A stretch of 40,378 bases of DNA from Candidatus Saccharimonadota bacterium (GCA_013816445.1 JACDEK010000001.1:1-40378), one strand, 5' to 3'; positions 1-9,075 are shown, counted from the stretch's first letter. Numbers and translations: made by a program. The notes: a model not told the origin generated them from the sequence alone.

Positions 1-127
1 CGCTGTTTAAGTATTCAATCTCTGGTAACTCATGGTCTACACTTACTCCTGGTGCTGCTAGGGCTGGTGCTGCTGGTCTTGCTACTTCTGGTCAGTGGGT
101 ACGCAGACAACCAGAAGCTGACTGGAC
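1..127. repeat. Terminal direct repeat copy 1 (identical to 40252..40378); circular-assembly overlap
   Basis: Bases 1-127 (cgctgtttaagtattcaatc...aagctgactggac) recur base-for-base as the last 127 nt of the window. Confidence 0.95.
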
Positions 128-518
128 AGACGAGAGTGTCATACTGAACGGACGAAGAATATACTCATTTAGAGGTGGTGGTACTTCTACGCTTGATTAC
201 TACGACATACCTGCTAATACATGGGTAAGTGGAGTAGTATATAACCGCCAACAAGAAACCTTTACGACAGGCACTAACTATGTGTATTCAACAGATGGTT
301 TCCTATACATTTCTAAAGAAGCGACAGGTAGGGTATTCAGATACTCACCGTCAACTAACACTATAGATGCCTGGTCAACTTTCCTCTACACACAAGGTGC
401 AGCCGTAATCGGGGATACAATGTTTGATGTTGATTATACGGACGGAGCAACCACTATTAGATTCATATACGACGTACTAAACACCTCAACTGTAATGCTA
501 AGGCAAATGGTAATCTAA
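1..518 (+). CDS. C-terminal part of junction-spanning Kelch-like repeat virion protein (non-redundant gene = 39360..40251 + 1..518, 469 aa)
   Basis: Frame is open from base 3 to TAA 516-518 and in phase with ATG 39360 once the 127-bp overlap is collapsed. Track ORF 282..518 is only its tail. Confidence 0.8.
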   Translation, partial: LFKYSISGNSWSTLTPGAARAGAAGLATSGQWVRRQPEADWTDESVILNGRRIYSFRGGGTSTLDYYDIPANTWVSGVVYNRQQETFTTGTNYVYSTDGFLYISKEATGRVFRYSPSTNTIDAWSTFLYTQGAAVIGDTMFDVDYTDGATTIRFIYDVLNTSTVMLRQMVI

Positions 519-805
519 TGGCAACTCGGCAAACTTCAACCTCTGGCAGTCCCGTCAGTGTTGCCGCTTCTGCTACCAGCATTAACCTGTTAGCTGCTAA
601 CACTCAACGATTGGGTGCTTCTATATTCAATGACTCAACTGCCACACTATATGTAAAAATGGGAACTACGGCATCAACAACAAGCCACACTGTACAGCTA
701 GTCGGTGGTGCGTTCTACGAACTACCAGAACCGATGTATCTAGGGATAGTCACGGGTATTTGGGCGAGTGCTACTGGCTCGGCTCGTATCTCGGAGATGA
801 TTTAA
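518..805 (+). CDS. Hypothetical virion-module protein (95 aa, S/T/A-rich)
   Basis: ATG overlaps previous stop (TAATG), co-oriented in structural operon; no family recognised. Confidence 0.6.
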   Translation: MATRQTSTSGSPVSVAASATSINLLAANTQRLGASIFNDSTATLYVKMGTTASTTSHTVQLVGGAFYELPEPMYLGIVTGIWASATGSARISEMI

Positions 806-1587
806 TGCCACTATATAATCCTCAACAATGGAGTAGGGTAAACTCAGGAGTCTATGATTACATAAAGCCACAGACCATTACCGATATATTACTTGTTGGG
901 AGTAATCTTACTGGTGCAGGGCTAACAGCATTAGAGGCTTTGGGTAAACCAACGTCTATATTCTCAAACGATGTTGGTACTAACTTCTACCTAAATCATA
1001 CTGCTGGGCCACCAGGGTTTAATTTTGGTGCTATATTTGCGTCAGTACGTGCAAGAGGTACAGGGAATGCACCTACAACTGTAGTGCCTGGTGATTGGCT
1101 AGGTGGTGTGGCTGGACTGGGCTACGACGGTACGTACTATACAGCGAGCACTCCAGCACATTCCGTACCTGGTATCTGGCAAGTAGTCACAGGCACAGTA
1201 TCTGCTGGAGTAGTGGAAAGAAATGTCTACATCGGTGGAGTTACAACTCCTGCTATAGGTTTTGATACTAATACTAACTTAATTACTCTCAGCTATCCAA
1301 GCCTGATGACAGGTATAAGACCTGGCTATACAGCCCAAATAGCCAACTATACAGCTACAGCTAACAATTACACTATTGACTGTACCACTAACACATTTAC
1401 AGTAACTTTACCCACCGCTGTCGGAGTAACAGGTCAAGTCTATAACATAAAGAACTCAGGTACAGGCGTTATAACTATAGCCACCACCTCATCACAAACT
1501 ATAGATGGAGTAACAACTGCTGTACTATCTACTCAATATGCTTCGCTCGTTGTTCAATCAACAGGTGCAAACTGGATAATAACTTAA
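805..1587 (+). CDS. Tail fibre / receptor-binding-like protein
   Basis: ATG 805 overlaps previous stop (TAATG); track ORF 760..1587 is the same frame from a TTG. C-terminus reads TVTLPTAVGVTGQVYNIKNSGTGVITIATTSSQTIDG...GANWII, a motif I associate with phage fibre proteins. Confidence 0.6.
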   Translation: MPLYNPQQWSRVNSGVYDYIKPQTITDILLVGSNLTGAGLTALEALGKPTSIFSNDVGTNFYLNHTAGPPGFNFGAIFASVRARGTGNAPTTVVPGDWLGGVAGLGYDGTYYTASTPAHSVPGIWQVVTGTVSAGVVERNVYIGGVTTPAIGFDTNTNLITLSYPSLMTGIRPGYTAQIANYTATANNYTIDCTTNTFTVTLPTAVGVTGQVYNIKNSGTGVITIATTSSQTIDGVTTAVLSTQYASLVVQSTGANWIIT

Positions 1588-1597
1588 GGAGATAATC

Positions 1598-2407
1598 ATG
1601 TCATATACACCTCAACCAAACGTACAATTTTTTACCGCATCAGGAACATGGACTAAACCATTAGACCCTGCTTATAAAGAAGTGGAAGTTCTTTGTATTG
1701 GTGGTGGTCAAGGTGGTGGTTCTGGCCGTAGAGGTGCAACAGGTGGCATACGCTCAGGTGGCGGTGGCGGTGGTTCAGCTCCTTTGGTTAGGGGTGTATT
1801 CTCTATAACTACACTAGCTACAACTGAAACAGTAACGGTTGGAGTTGGTGGCTTAGGTGGTGCAGCTATAACAGTCGATACTACAAATGGTGACGCTGGT
1901 GGTGCGGTAAACGTAACATCTTCTTTTGGTTCGTGGTTACGTTCACGAAATAATGGTTTTGGTTCTGGTGGCGGCGGATTTGGCAATGCTATGTTTGCAC
2001 CTGCAACAGGTGGGGCTGGGGCAGCAGCTGGTACAGTCGGCGTTGCTGGAAGTGTTGGATATGCTGGAGGTTCAGGCGGTGGTGGCGGAGGTGGAGTAAC
2101 TGCAGTCGAAGCAGTATCCGCAGGCGGTACTGGTGGATTACACGACCCAACTGCAAGAGCTGGTGGTGCTGCTGGTGCTGCTGGTGCTGCTGGTGCTGTT
2201 CCTGCCGTAGTCTCAGCTAGTGGTGACCCAAGTGGTGGAGCTGGCGGCGGAGGTGGCGGCTCAGCTGTTGCTGGTGCTGCAGGTGCTGGTGGAAACGGTG
2301 GAACTTGGGGCGGTGGCGGAGGCGGAGGTGGAGCATCTACTAACGGTAGTAACTCAGGTGCAGGCGGTAATGGTGGTGCTGGTATGGTAATGGTAATAAC
2401 AAGATAA
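1598..2407 (+). CDS. Glycine-rich virion (fibre-like) protein
   Basis: AAGGAGataatcATG; N-terminus FFTASGTWTKP...VEVLCIGGGQGGGSG followed by long G/A-rich tracts, typical of phage glycine-rich-domain fibre proteins. Confidence 0.7.
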   Translation: MSYTPQPNVQFFTASGTWTKPLDPAYKEVEVLCIGGGQGGGSGRRGATGGIRSGGGGGGSAPLVRGVFSITTLATTETVTVGVGGLGGAAITVDTTNGDAGGAVNVTSSFGSWLRSRNNGFGSGGGGFGNAMFAPATGGAGAAAGTVGVAGSVGYAGGSGGGGGGGVTAVEAVSAGGTGGLHDPTARAGGAAGAAGAAGAVPAVVSASGDPSGGAGGGGGGSAVAGAAGAGGNGGTWGGGGGGGGASTNGSNSGAGGNGGAGMVMVITR

Positions 2408-2417
2408 GGAGATAATT

Positions 2418-2762
2418 ATGGACGAACAAACTCAAGAACAAATACTAAATCAAGCGTTACAGGTGCTTAGCTTAATCGGCACTAATCCAATAAGTGATGT
2501 TAGCTATAAGACAGTAGACGGCGAGGTTTACTCTACGTTTACGATTAGCTGTAAAGATACTTCAGGTAATACGGTTGAACTAGTTAAAAAGACCGACAAG
2601 GTTGCTGACCCTGCCAAAGTAAAGCAAGACATACTAGATGCTGAGCAATCTATATCAGACAGACTAGCAGAGATACAAGACAAAAAAGCTATTATAGTTC
2701 CTCAATTAGATGCTGTTATGACTCCTAAAGCAGTTGAGCCAGAAGCTAGTGGTGTAGAATAA
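2418..2762 (+). CDS. Hypothetical protein (114 aa)
   Basis: AAGGAGataattATG, operon context. Confidence 0.65.
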   Translation: MDEQTQEQILNQALQVLSLIGTNPISDVSYKTVDGEVYSTFTISCKDTSGNTVELVKKTDKVADPAKVKQDILDAEQSISDRLAEIQDKKAIIVPQLDAVMTPKAVEPEASGVE

Positions 2763-2767
2763 GCTAG

Positions 2768-2776
2768 TGATATAAT
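2768..2776 (+). promoter_or_regulatory. Extended -10 promoter TGATATAAT
   Basis: Member of recurrent AGTG(G/A)TATAATAGT motif family, 24 nt upstream of ATG 2801. Confidence 0.5.
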
Positions 2777-2800
2777 AGAACTTGAAAGACAGGAGATTTA

Positions 2801-3442
2801 ATGGCATATAATGTCGGTACAATTATAACCAAAGTACAGAATAAACTTGATGACTCAGGATTTTCAAGCACTATACTAACTGACTTTGCTAACGATACGC
2901 AAAGAGAGTTATTTAATAGTAGGTTTATGCAGTTTATGGAAACATCAACTACTTTTAGTATAGCTTCTGGAGCTTCTGGTTTAGGAACACTCCCAACAGA
3001 TCTACAGCTCCCTATAAATCTCAAAATAACCTCTCCTGTAGGCTTATATAAGGTATTACAGCCTATGTCTGCTGAGGAGTTCGATAGCACATTTGGTTCA
3101 GCCAATGCAATTCTTACACAAGGCACTCCCATAATATGGTATTCTTTTGCCAATTCTATAAGTCTATACCCAATTGCTTCATCTGCTGTAACAATGACTC
3201 TAAGATATTACAAAATACCTACTGAACTAGTAAATGCTTCTGATGTACCAGAGATACCAGTAGAGTTCCAAGAAGTCCTTGTTCTAGGTATGTATAAAAG
3301 AGCCCTAGAATATAATGATAGTTTCGACCAGTCAGCATATATAACTGTTAAAATGGATAAACTAGTAGATGATATGTCTAGGAGATACAGCCCTAAGTCT
3401 TCAGCTACTACAAGAATGAATATAAATAGACGAGGTATCTAA
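2801..3442 (+). CDS. Head-tail adaptor / tail tubular A-like protein
   Basis: 213 aa; SD AGGAGatttaATG; position and size immediately before a large tail protein; N-terminus IITKVQNKLDDSGFS...DFANDTQRELF looks adaptor-like by recollection only. Confidence 0.4.
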   Translation: MAYNVGTIITKVQNKLDDSGFSSTILTDFANDTQRELFNSRFMQFMETSTTFSIASGASGLGTLPTDLQLPINLKITSPVGLYKVLQPMSAEEFDSTFGSANAILTQGTPIIWYSFANSISLYPIASSAVTMTLRYYKIPTELVNASDVPEIPVEFQEVLVLGMYKRALEYNDSFDQSAYITVKMDKLVDDMSRRYSPKSSATTRMNINRRGI

Positions 3443-5391
3443 TGCGACAAGCATCTCTACCAAGAGTTATCCCAGCACCCTTGCAAAAGATGGAACTTTT
3501 AGATTATTCTAAGGGCGTAAACTCTTTTGATGCTAATGACGTAATACAAGAAAACTATTTACGGGTATCTACAGACGCACGAATTTCTACACTCGGTAGG
3601 TACAAAACACGACAAGGTTGTGACTTTTACTCTGTACCAGCAGGAGAAACCGTAGATGTCCAAAGAACCTCAGTTACAGGTGCTTCTACTTCAGCGATTA
3701 CTAAAACTACTTGGTTTGCAGCAAAATACACAGCAGGAGCTACAGGAAGACTCACTAGAGTAGATTTAAACCTTTTAAACAATAACTCAGGTACAGCACC
3801 AATTGTTGTGGCTATATACTCGGACACTGCGGGTGCACCTGGTACGCTTTTGGCTACAAGCTCTGTTCCAGCCTCAACACCAACAGGTTCAGCAGCCTAT
3901 ATATCAGTGCGGTTTATGGAAGCTCCACAGATTACTTCTGCATCTGTTTATTGGGTAGTGTGTTATAACCAAGATGACGGCTCTGGTGATTATAAGTGGA
4001 CTACATCTACAACAGCCTCAACAGCTTTAACTTCTACATCATCAGGTGTAAGTTGGGCTGCAACAGCTTTTGAGCTAAACTTTAGAACTTATATATCAAC
4101 AAACTCAGCCACACTAGGTCTTTATAGGGCATATAAGAGCGATGGTACGAAGAAAAGCCTTTTAGCCCATGGAACTACACTTTACAGCGTAAGTGACGTT
4201 AACGGCTCTCTAACAAGCTTAAAAGCAGGTCTTACAGCTAACGGTCTATACAGATTTCATATGGCGAATGATGTTGTGTATTACACAAACGGTGTAGATG
4301 CTCCCCGTAAGTGGAATTTCACCACAGAAGCATCAAATACTGGCACTACCACAATCTCATCTAATTTGATTCTACATAAAGATCAGATGTTTTATTTAGA
4401 TGTAACATCACCAAACAGAATATATTTTAGTGATAAAACAGCTTTTGAGACCTTTACCTCGACTAACTTCTTATATGTACCATCACCCAAAAACCCAGAT
4501 ACTATATCTGGCTGGACTGTACTTAATGATAACCTCTACATTCTTACTAAAAAGACTAAGTGGGCTTTGTATGGATCAGATCTAACTAACTTTGTTTTAA
4601 GAAAGGCTACTGGTCTAAAAGGCTCATATAGTCAAGAACAAATGCAATCTACTCGAAATCACTTATACTTTGTATCTGATGATGGCATTTACAGATTTAA
4701 CGGTGCTACTGATGAGTTGATCTCAAGAGATATAACAGATGAGTTCAATGCAATCGCTAATAAGTCTACAATAACCACAGCACTTGCTAATAATAGATTT
4801 TATGTCTTTTACACCCCAAGTGGTGGTGCTCAAAACTCTAAGTGTCTAGTGTATAACATAAACTACGCTTCTTGGGAGTCTATAGACTTAAACACTTACA
4901 TAAGTCTCTCTAATGTATGGGAGGGTGTAGGTGATACTGGGCAATTCTTACAAGCTTCTAATCTAGTGGGAGCAGCATATTACGCTGAAGCCTCAACAAA
5001 TACCTACAATAATCTTGGTAAATCTCTAACATACGATATACGAACAAAATACGAATTCTTTGGTAATCCTGCATCAAAGAAACGGATTAAGAGGTGGTAT
5101 CCACGATTTGCAGCACAATCAGGTGCATACAATGTAAGCTGTCAATACGATAAAGACTTCGCTAACAGCCCCTCTACAACCTTAAAGAGTATGGCTAGTT
5201 TAGGTTCTATATGGGGCTCTGGCTATCTATGGGGATCATTTACTTGGGGAGCTTCTACTTTGGTAGCACCTCGTATATCTATACCTGGTAGAGCTAAATA
5301 TGTTCAGTTCAGATTATACAGACAAGGCGTGAACAATCCAGTAGAGTTCTATGGTCATACACTGCTTTACATGACACAACGCCCAAGATGA
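3442..5391 (+). CDS. Large tail (nozzle / tail tubular B-like) protein
   Basis: 649 aa, TAATG-coupled to the preceding gene, beta-rich S/T/Y composition; assignment by position and size only. Confidence 0.4.
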   Translation: MRQASLPRVIPAPLQKMELLDYSKGVNSFDANDVIQENYLRVSTDARISTLGRYKTRQGCDFYSVPAGETVDVQRTSVTGASTSAITKTTWFAAKYTAGATGRLTRVDLNLLNNNSGTAPIVVAIYSDTAGAPGTLLATSSVPASTPTGSAAYISVRFMEAPQITSASVYWVVCYNQDDGSGDYKWTTSTTASTALTSTSSGVSWAATAFELNFRTYISTNSATLGLYRAYKSDGTKKSLLAHGTTLYSVSDVNGSLTSLKAGLTANGLYRFHMANDVVYYTNGVDAPRKWNFTTEASNTGTTTISSNLILHKDQMFYLDVTSPNRIYFSDKTAFETFTSTNFLYVPSPKNPDTISGWTVLNDNLYILTKKTKWALYGSDLTNFVLRKATGLKGSYSQEQMQSTRNHLYFVSDDGIYRFNGATDELISRDITDEFNAIANKSTITTALANNRFYVFYTPSGGAQNSKCLVYNINYASWESIDLNTYISLSNVWEGVGDTGQFLQASNLVGAAYYAEASTNTYNNLGKSLTYDIRTKYEFFGNPASKKRIKRWYPRFAAQSGAYNVSCQYDKDFANSPSTTLKSMASLGSIWGSGYLWGSFTWGASTLVAPRISIPGRAKYVQFRLYRQGVNNPVEFYGHTLLYMTQRPR

Positions 5392-5397
5392 TATAAT
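5389..5397 (+). promoter_or_regulatory. Extended -10 promoter TGATATAAT
   Basis: Same motif as at 2768; lies 15 nt upstream of AAGGAG 5412-5417. Confidence 0.5.
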
Positions 5398-5423
5398 AGT
5401 AATATTAAGTAAAGGAGTCTATT

Positions 5424-6290
5424 ATCGGTCTTATATCACCAACACAAGTATCAGATGGGACAACAGCAGATGCCTCAGATGTAAATAACCCAATCAACAC
5501 TATCGCTAATGAGTTTAACGGTAATATTGATAATACAAACATTAAAGCAGGTGCAGCTATAGCTGGCTCTAAACTAGCTGATAACTCTATAGACTTAGGT
5601 GCTAAAACATCTACTTGGGACGGTTGGATACTAGTATCTGATACTTGGACATACGCCACTGCATCAACAATAACTGTTCCATCTGACGCTACTACCAAAT
5701 ACTCAGTAGGTGATAAGATAAAGTTCTCTAACGGCTCTACTAAATATTTCTATATAACAGCAGTTACAGCTACCATACTTACTTTAAATGGTGGTATAGA
5801 CTTTACAGTAGCTAACTCAACTATATCTAGTGTCTATTTCTCTAAAGCAGCTACCCCACTAAACTTTCCTCAATGGTTTAACTTCACTCCAACATTAGGT
5901 GCTGGGGGCGGTTCTCCTTTGATTGGTAATGGTACATTAACATGCAGATTCTCTCTGTTAGGGAAAAAATGCACAGTTATAGAAAGGATTGTAGTGGGTA
6001 CAACTACTTCTTTTGGTACAGGAGCAGTCTCTCTTACTTATCCTATTACTCCCCAGTCCAACATATTCACTGGCGGTCATATGATGTTAGGGAATTCTTA
6101 TATCGAAGATGGTGGAGTTCAGGCATATTTAGGTTGGGTGCGTTCTATAGCTAGTAATTCTACAGCCCATATATTCAATACTTTCAATATATCTGCTAGT
6201 GGTAGAGGTTCAGATGTAACTGGCACTGTTCCTTTCTCTTTTGGCTCAACAGATTATATCGCTAGTGTATATACTTATGAAGTAGCTTAA
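5424..6290 (+). CDS. Tail fibre protein with probable non-canonical ATC (or ATT 5421) start, about 288 aa
   Basis: Frame of track ORF 5919..6290 is open back to TAA 5406-5408, with no ATG/GTG/TTG before 5919. AAGGAG + 6 nt + ATC matches the SD geometry of ATG genes. Upstream codons read as fibre N-terminus (DVNNPINTIANEFNGNIDNTNI). Confidence 0.65.
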   Translation: MGLISPTQVSDGTTADASDVNNPINTIANEFNGNIDNTNIKAGAAIAGSKLADNSIDLGAKTSTWDGWILVSDTWTYATASTITVPSDATTKYSVGDKIKFSNGSTKYFYITAVTATILTLNGGIDFTVANSTISSVYFSKAATPLNFPQWFNFTPTLGAGGGSPLIGNGTLTCRFSLLGKKCTVIERIVVGTTTSFGTGAVSLTYPITPQSNIFTGGHMMLGNSYIEDGGVQAYLGWVRSIASNSTAHIFNTFNISASGRGSDVTGTVPFSFGSTDYIASVYTYEVA

Positions 6291-6291
6291 T

Positions 6292-6792
6292 ATGGCTTCA
6301 GTACCTAACCGACTACAAGAGGGTACAAACTACACACAGGCAATCCCACTCATAAACGACAATTTTGATAAAGTAGCAGCTGATGTAACTTCTCTTGGTG
6401 CAGGTCAAACCACTACAACTACGGTTACTTTTTCAGCTATAACAGCAGGGACTACATTCCGCGACACTGTAGTAATAGTTAATCCAGGTGGATCATCTTC
6501 GTATCCGTATATAACAGCAGGTTCAATCATAGCGGGTGTTTCAGCTATTGTGCCTAGTATGGACGTATACATAGACACAGATAATGATTCAGGCTACTTA
6601 TACCCAATAGGAGTTAGTCTATCTGTAGCTCAGAAAGCCCTTGCTATAGATGCCAAGCTAGACCTTACAACAGCTGGTGGAGTAGCCTCACTTACAATTA
6701 GCGGTAGGAATTACGACTCATCAACTCATACTTATTATGTGCGTATAAAATCTGCGTATTTCTCATCTAAAGCACCTGGCTCATTCTCATGA
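6292..6792 (+). CDS. Tail fibre-like protein (166 aa)
   Basis: N-terminus YTQAIPLINDNFDKVAADV shares a motif with both neighbouring fibre genes. Confidence 0.6.
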   Translation: MASVPNRLQEGTNYTQAIPLINDNFDKVAADVTSLGAGQTTTTTVTFSAITAGTTFRDTVVIVNPGGSSSYPYITAGSIIAGVSAIVPSMDVYIDTDNDSGYLYPIGVSLSVAQKALAIDAKLDLTTAGGVASLTISGRNYDSSTHTYYVRIKSAYFSSKAPGSFS

Positions 6793-7694
6793 GCAATCCA
6801 ATATTGAATATACCGATCAAACTACCTAATACTTACTCTGATAGTATTCCAATAATAAATGACAACTTCGATAAGGCTATAGCTAATATAAGCGATCTAG
6901 CACCAAGGCAATTCTCTACAGCTATGACAGGGGCTAGACCATATTTCGGCAAACAATTAGCAGTAGTAGCTTTGGCATATGATCAACCAGAATATACCAA
7001 TTTTTCTACACTAACTCCACAATATGATGTTTTTATAGATTCAGGTACAAACGCTACAGGGACGATAACCATAGACAATACTGCTTCGCCAAGCATTGCA
7101 AACGTAGCTATAGGTGATTATTTTGTAGTAGCAGCTGAAATAGCTTTACAGCCGACTAAACCTCACATATATATAGCTACGTCATCAGCTTCAGTAGCCG
7201 CAGGTGGGACTGGTTCTTGTACTGTAATAGCAGAAAGATGTGGTACAGATTATAACTTAGTAAATACTAGCATGTCCTATAACGGCACACATCTTGCTTT
7301 CATCACATATTACGGTGGTCAGCAAGAATTTCATTCAAACGATGTCATAATTAGAACTGTTAGCATCACCCCTACATTCGGTGGCTCTGGTGGTGGTTCA
7401 TTAACATTGTATACATTAAATTCATCTGGTGGAGCTGGAGTAGAAAATGACCCTAACTATTTATTCCCTAATGGTGCATCATTATCTGCAGCTCAGAAGA
7501 AAATGATAGTACAGCATCATTTAAATATAACCACAGCTACGCCGAATTTTAGTCAATCTACAACAGCTCCATACACAAAGAACTTTGCTACATCAACCAT
7601 ACGAGTAATAAATGAAGACAGTGCTGATCATTCTATATATGTGTCTGTAACTGGTACAATATTTAGTGGTATAACAGGTAACATATTTAAATAA
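6789..7694 (+). CDS. Tail fibre-like protein (301 aa)
   Basis: ATGA overlap with previous gene; N-terminus YSDSIPIINDNFDKAIANI; shares LYPIG/LFPNGxSLSxAQK motif with 6292..6792. Confidence 0.6.
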   Translation: MSNPILNIPIKLPNTYSDSIPIINDNFDKAIANISDLAPRQFSTAMTGARPYFGKQLAVVALAYDQPEYTNFSTLTPQYDVFIDSGTNATGTITIDNTASPSIANVAIGDYFVVAAEIALQPTKPHIYIATSSASVAAGGTGSCTVIAERCGTDYNLVNTSMSYNGTHLAFITYYGGQQEFHSNDVIIRTVSITPTFGGSGGGSLTLYTLNSSGGAGVENDPNYLFPNGASLSAAQKKMIVQHHLNITTATPNFSQSTTAPYTKNFATSTIRVINEDSADHSIYVSVTGTIFSGITGNIFK

Positions 7695-7703
7695 GGAGAT
7701 ATT

Positions 7704-7895
7704 ATGAACCCAGAAGGTAATAAAGTCACAATGACAGATATAAGCAATCTACTAACAAGTATTGGTGAACCTGGTACTAAGCAGAAAACTAAAGAAAAAG
7801 CAGTAAGACAGCTATTCCAAGACAAGGGTCTATCTGGTCAGAACCCACAGGGTATACACGTTGCAGATTCTCTCGAGTCGTATCCAGAATACTAG
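7704..7895 (+). CDS. Hypothetical small protein (63 aa)
   Basis: AAGGAGatattATG. Confidence 0.55.
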   Translation: MNPEGNKVTMTDISNLLTSIGEPGTKQKTKEKAVRQLFQDKGLSGQNPQGIHVADSLESYPEY

Positions 7896-7896
7896 G

Positions 7897-7905
7897 TGGT
7901 ATAAT
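7897..7905 (+). promoter_or_regulatory. Extended -10 promoter TGGTATAAT
   Basis: taggTGGTATAATAGT; 16 nt upstream of AAGGAGG 7921-7927. Confidence 0.5.
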
Positions 7906-7932
7906 AGTAAGTAATTAACTAAGGAGGCTATC

Positions 7933-8397
7933 ATCGCATCTAAAATATACACAGTTAGAGAAAGACTATTCCGCCTCATGGACAAGAAGAGGGATTGCTG
8001 GGAATGGACTGGTAGTATAAGTCAACATGGGTATGGTCGATTAACTATTAGTAATAATGGCCATAAGAAGACTAGGTCTGCCCATAGAGTATCTTATGAG
8101 ACTTTTGTAGGCGAAATACCTGATGGTCTTACTATAGACCACTTGTGCCGTAATCGTAAATGTATTAACCCTAGTCACTTAGAAGCTGTAACTATTAAGG
8201 AGAATGTATCTCGTGGCAACCCATTATGGAAACAAGAAGCTGCTAGAACTCACTGTAAATATGGGCATGAGTTTACAGAAGATAATATGTATAAGTATAA
8301 AACTAAAACAGGCGGAGTTTGTCGTAATTGCAAAACGTGCATGAAAGCACGTACAAGAAAACGATATACACTTGCTAAACTAGAAGGAATGTGTTAA
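7933..8397 (+). CDS. HNH homing endonuclease (HNH_3-type), probable ATC start
   Basis: CWEWTG...HGYGR...SAHRVSYE...IDHLCRNRKCINPSHLE. AAGGAGgctatcATC has the same geometry as ATG genes. Frame is open from 7930 to the first ATG at 7978, which has no SD. Confidence 0.8.
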   Translation: MASKIYTVRERLFRLMDKKRDCWEWTGSISQHGYGRLTISNNGHKKTRSAHRVSYETFVGEIPDGLTIDHLCRNRKCINPSHLEAVTIKENVSRGNPLWKQEAARTHCKYGHEFTEDNMYKYKTKTGGVCRNCKTCMKARTRKRYTLAKLEGMC

Positions 8398-8398
8398 A

Positions 8399-9073
8399 GT
8401 GGCGAGGTCTATCGATCAGATCACTGCTGAACTAAATAGTGCTTATCAGCCACAAATAGATGTAGTAAACAAGCAGATGGCTGAACTACCCGCCTACTAT
8501 CAAGCCCAACAGGGTGGTTTAGATACCGCTAAAACTAATGCTTTTGGCGATATTACTAATATGGCATCATCTAAAGGTATGTCTTACTCTGGTATGCCTA
8601 TAGCTGAACAGTCACGATATGTTGGTGAAAAATACCTCCCAGCTATGGCTCAGTTAAAACAGCAGCAAACACAACAGCAATATGGATTACAAACTAATAT
8701 CAATGATATTTACTCTAAACGTCTTACACAAGCTCAAGGTTTACAACAACAAGAGCTTGCTAGAGAAGAAGCTACAAGACAAGCTGAAGCCGAAAGACAA
8801 CAGCAAGAACGACAATTCCAGCAAAAACTTGCTGCTGAGGCCCGAGCTGCTAGATCTAGTCGTGGTGGTGGTGGTGGAGGGGATCGTGCACCCAAACAAC
8901 CATCTGTAGATGACGCTGCTGCTCTCGTAAATAGTCTTCGCTCTAGTGGTCAATATGGTGACTCTCAGTATGGATCAATAGCAGAAGCTATGCGACAACG
9001 TGGTTATGATATATCAAGAGACTCTGTCTATGATAAAGGACTAAGAAAAGCTTTCAATTTTGGATATAGTTAG
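8399..9073 (+). CDS. Q-rich coiled-coil virion/internal protein (224 aa)
   Basis: GTG start; QQQ/ERQ-rich helix, G8 tract; precedes the 1320-aa protein. Confidence 0.5.
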   Translation: MARSIDQITAELNSAYQPQIDVVNKQMAELPAYYQAQQGGLDTAKTNAFGDITNMASSKGMSYSGMPIAEQSRYVGEKYLPAMAQLKQQQTQQQYGLQTNINDIYSKRLTQAQGLQQQELAREEATRQAEAERQQQERQFQQKLAAEARAARSSRGGGGGGDRAPKQPSVDDAAALVNSLRSSGQYGDSQYGSIAEAMRQRGYDISRDSVYDKGLRKAFNFGYS

Positions 9074-9075
9074 TC

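Noticed and set aside
1-127. Reading the 127-bp end duplication as a biological direct terminal repeat
   Set aside because: The repeat falls in the middle of an ORF and its length equals a common maximum assembler k-mer. An assembly overlap is more parsimonious, but reads are needed to be sure.
1708-1986. 92-aa Pro-rich ORF on the minus strand
   Set aside because: It is the antisense reading of GGN-rich codons of the glycine-rich gene (1598..2407), has no SD and is low complexity.
5405-5698. 97-aa minus-strand ORF in an apparent gap
   Set aside because: The plus strand carries an uninterrupted fibre-like reading frame with promoter and SD (ATC start). The minus ORF has no SD and is oriented against the whole operon.
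5942-6154. 70-aa alternative-frame plus ORF
   Set aside because: It is nested in the fibre gene in another frame with odd composition (Y/S/R-rich).
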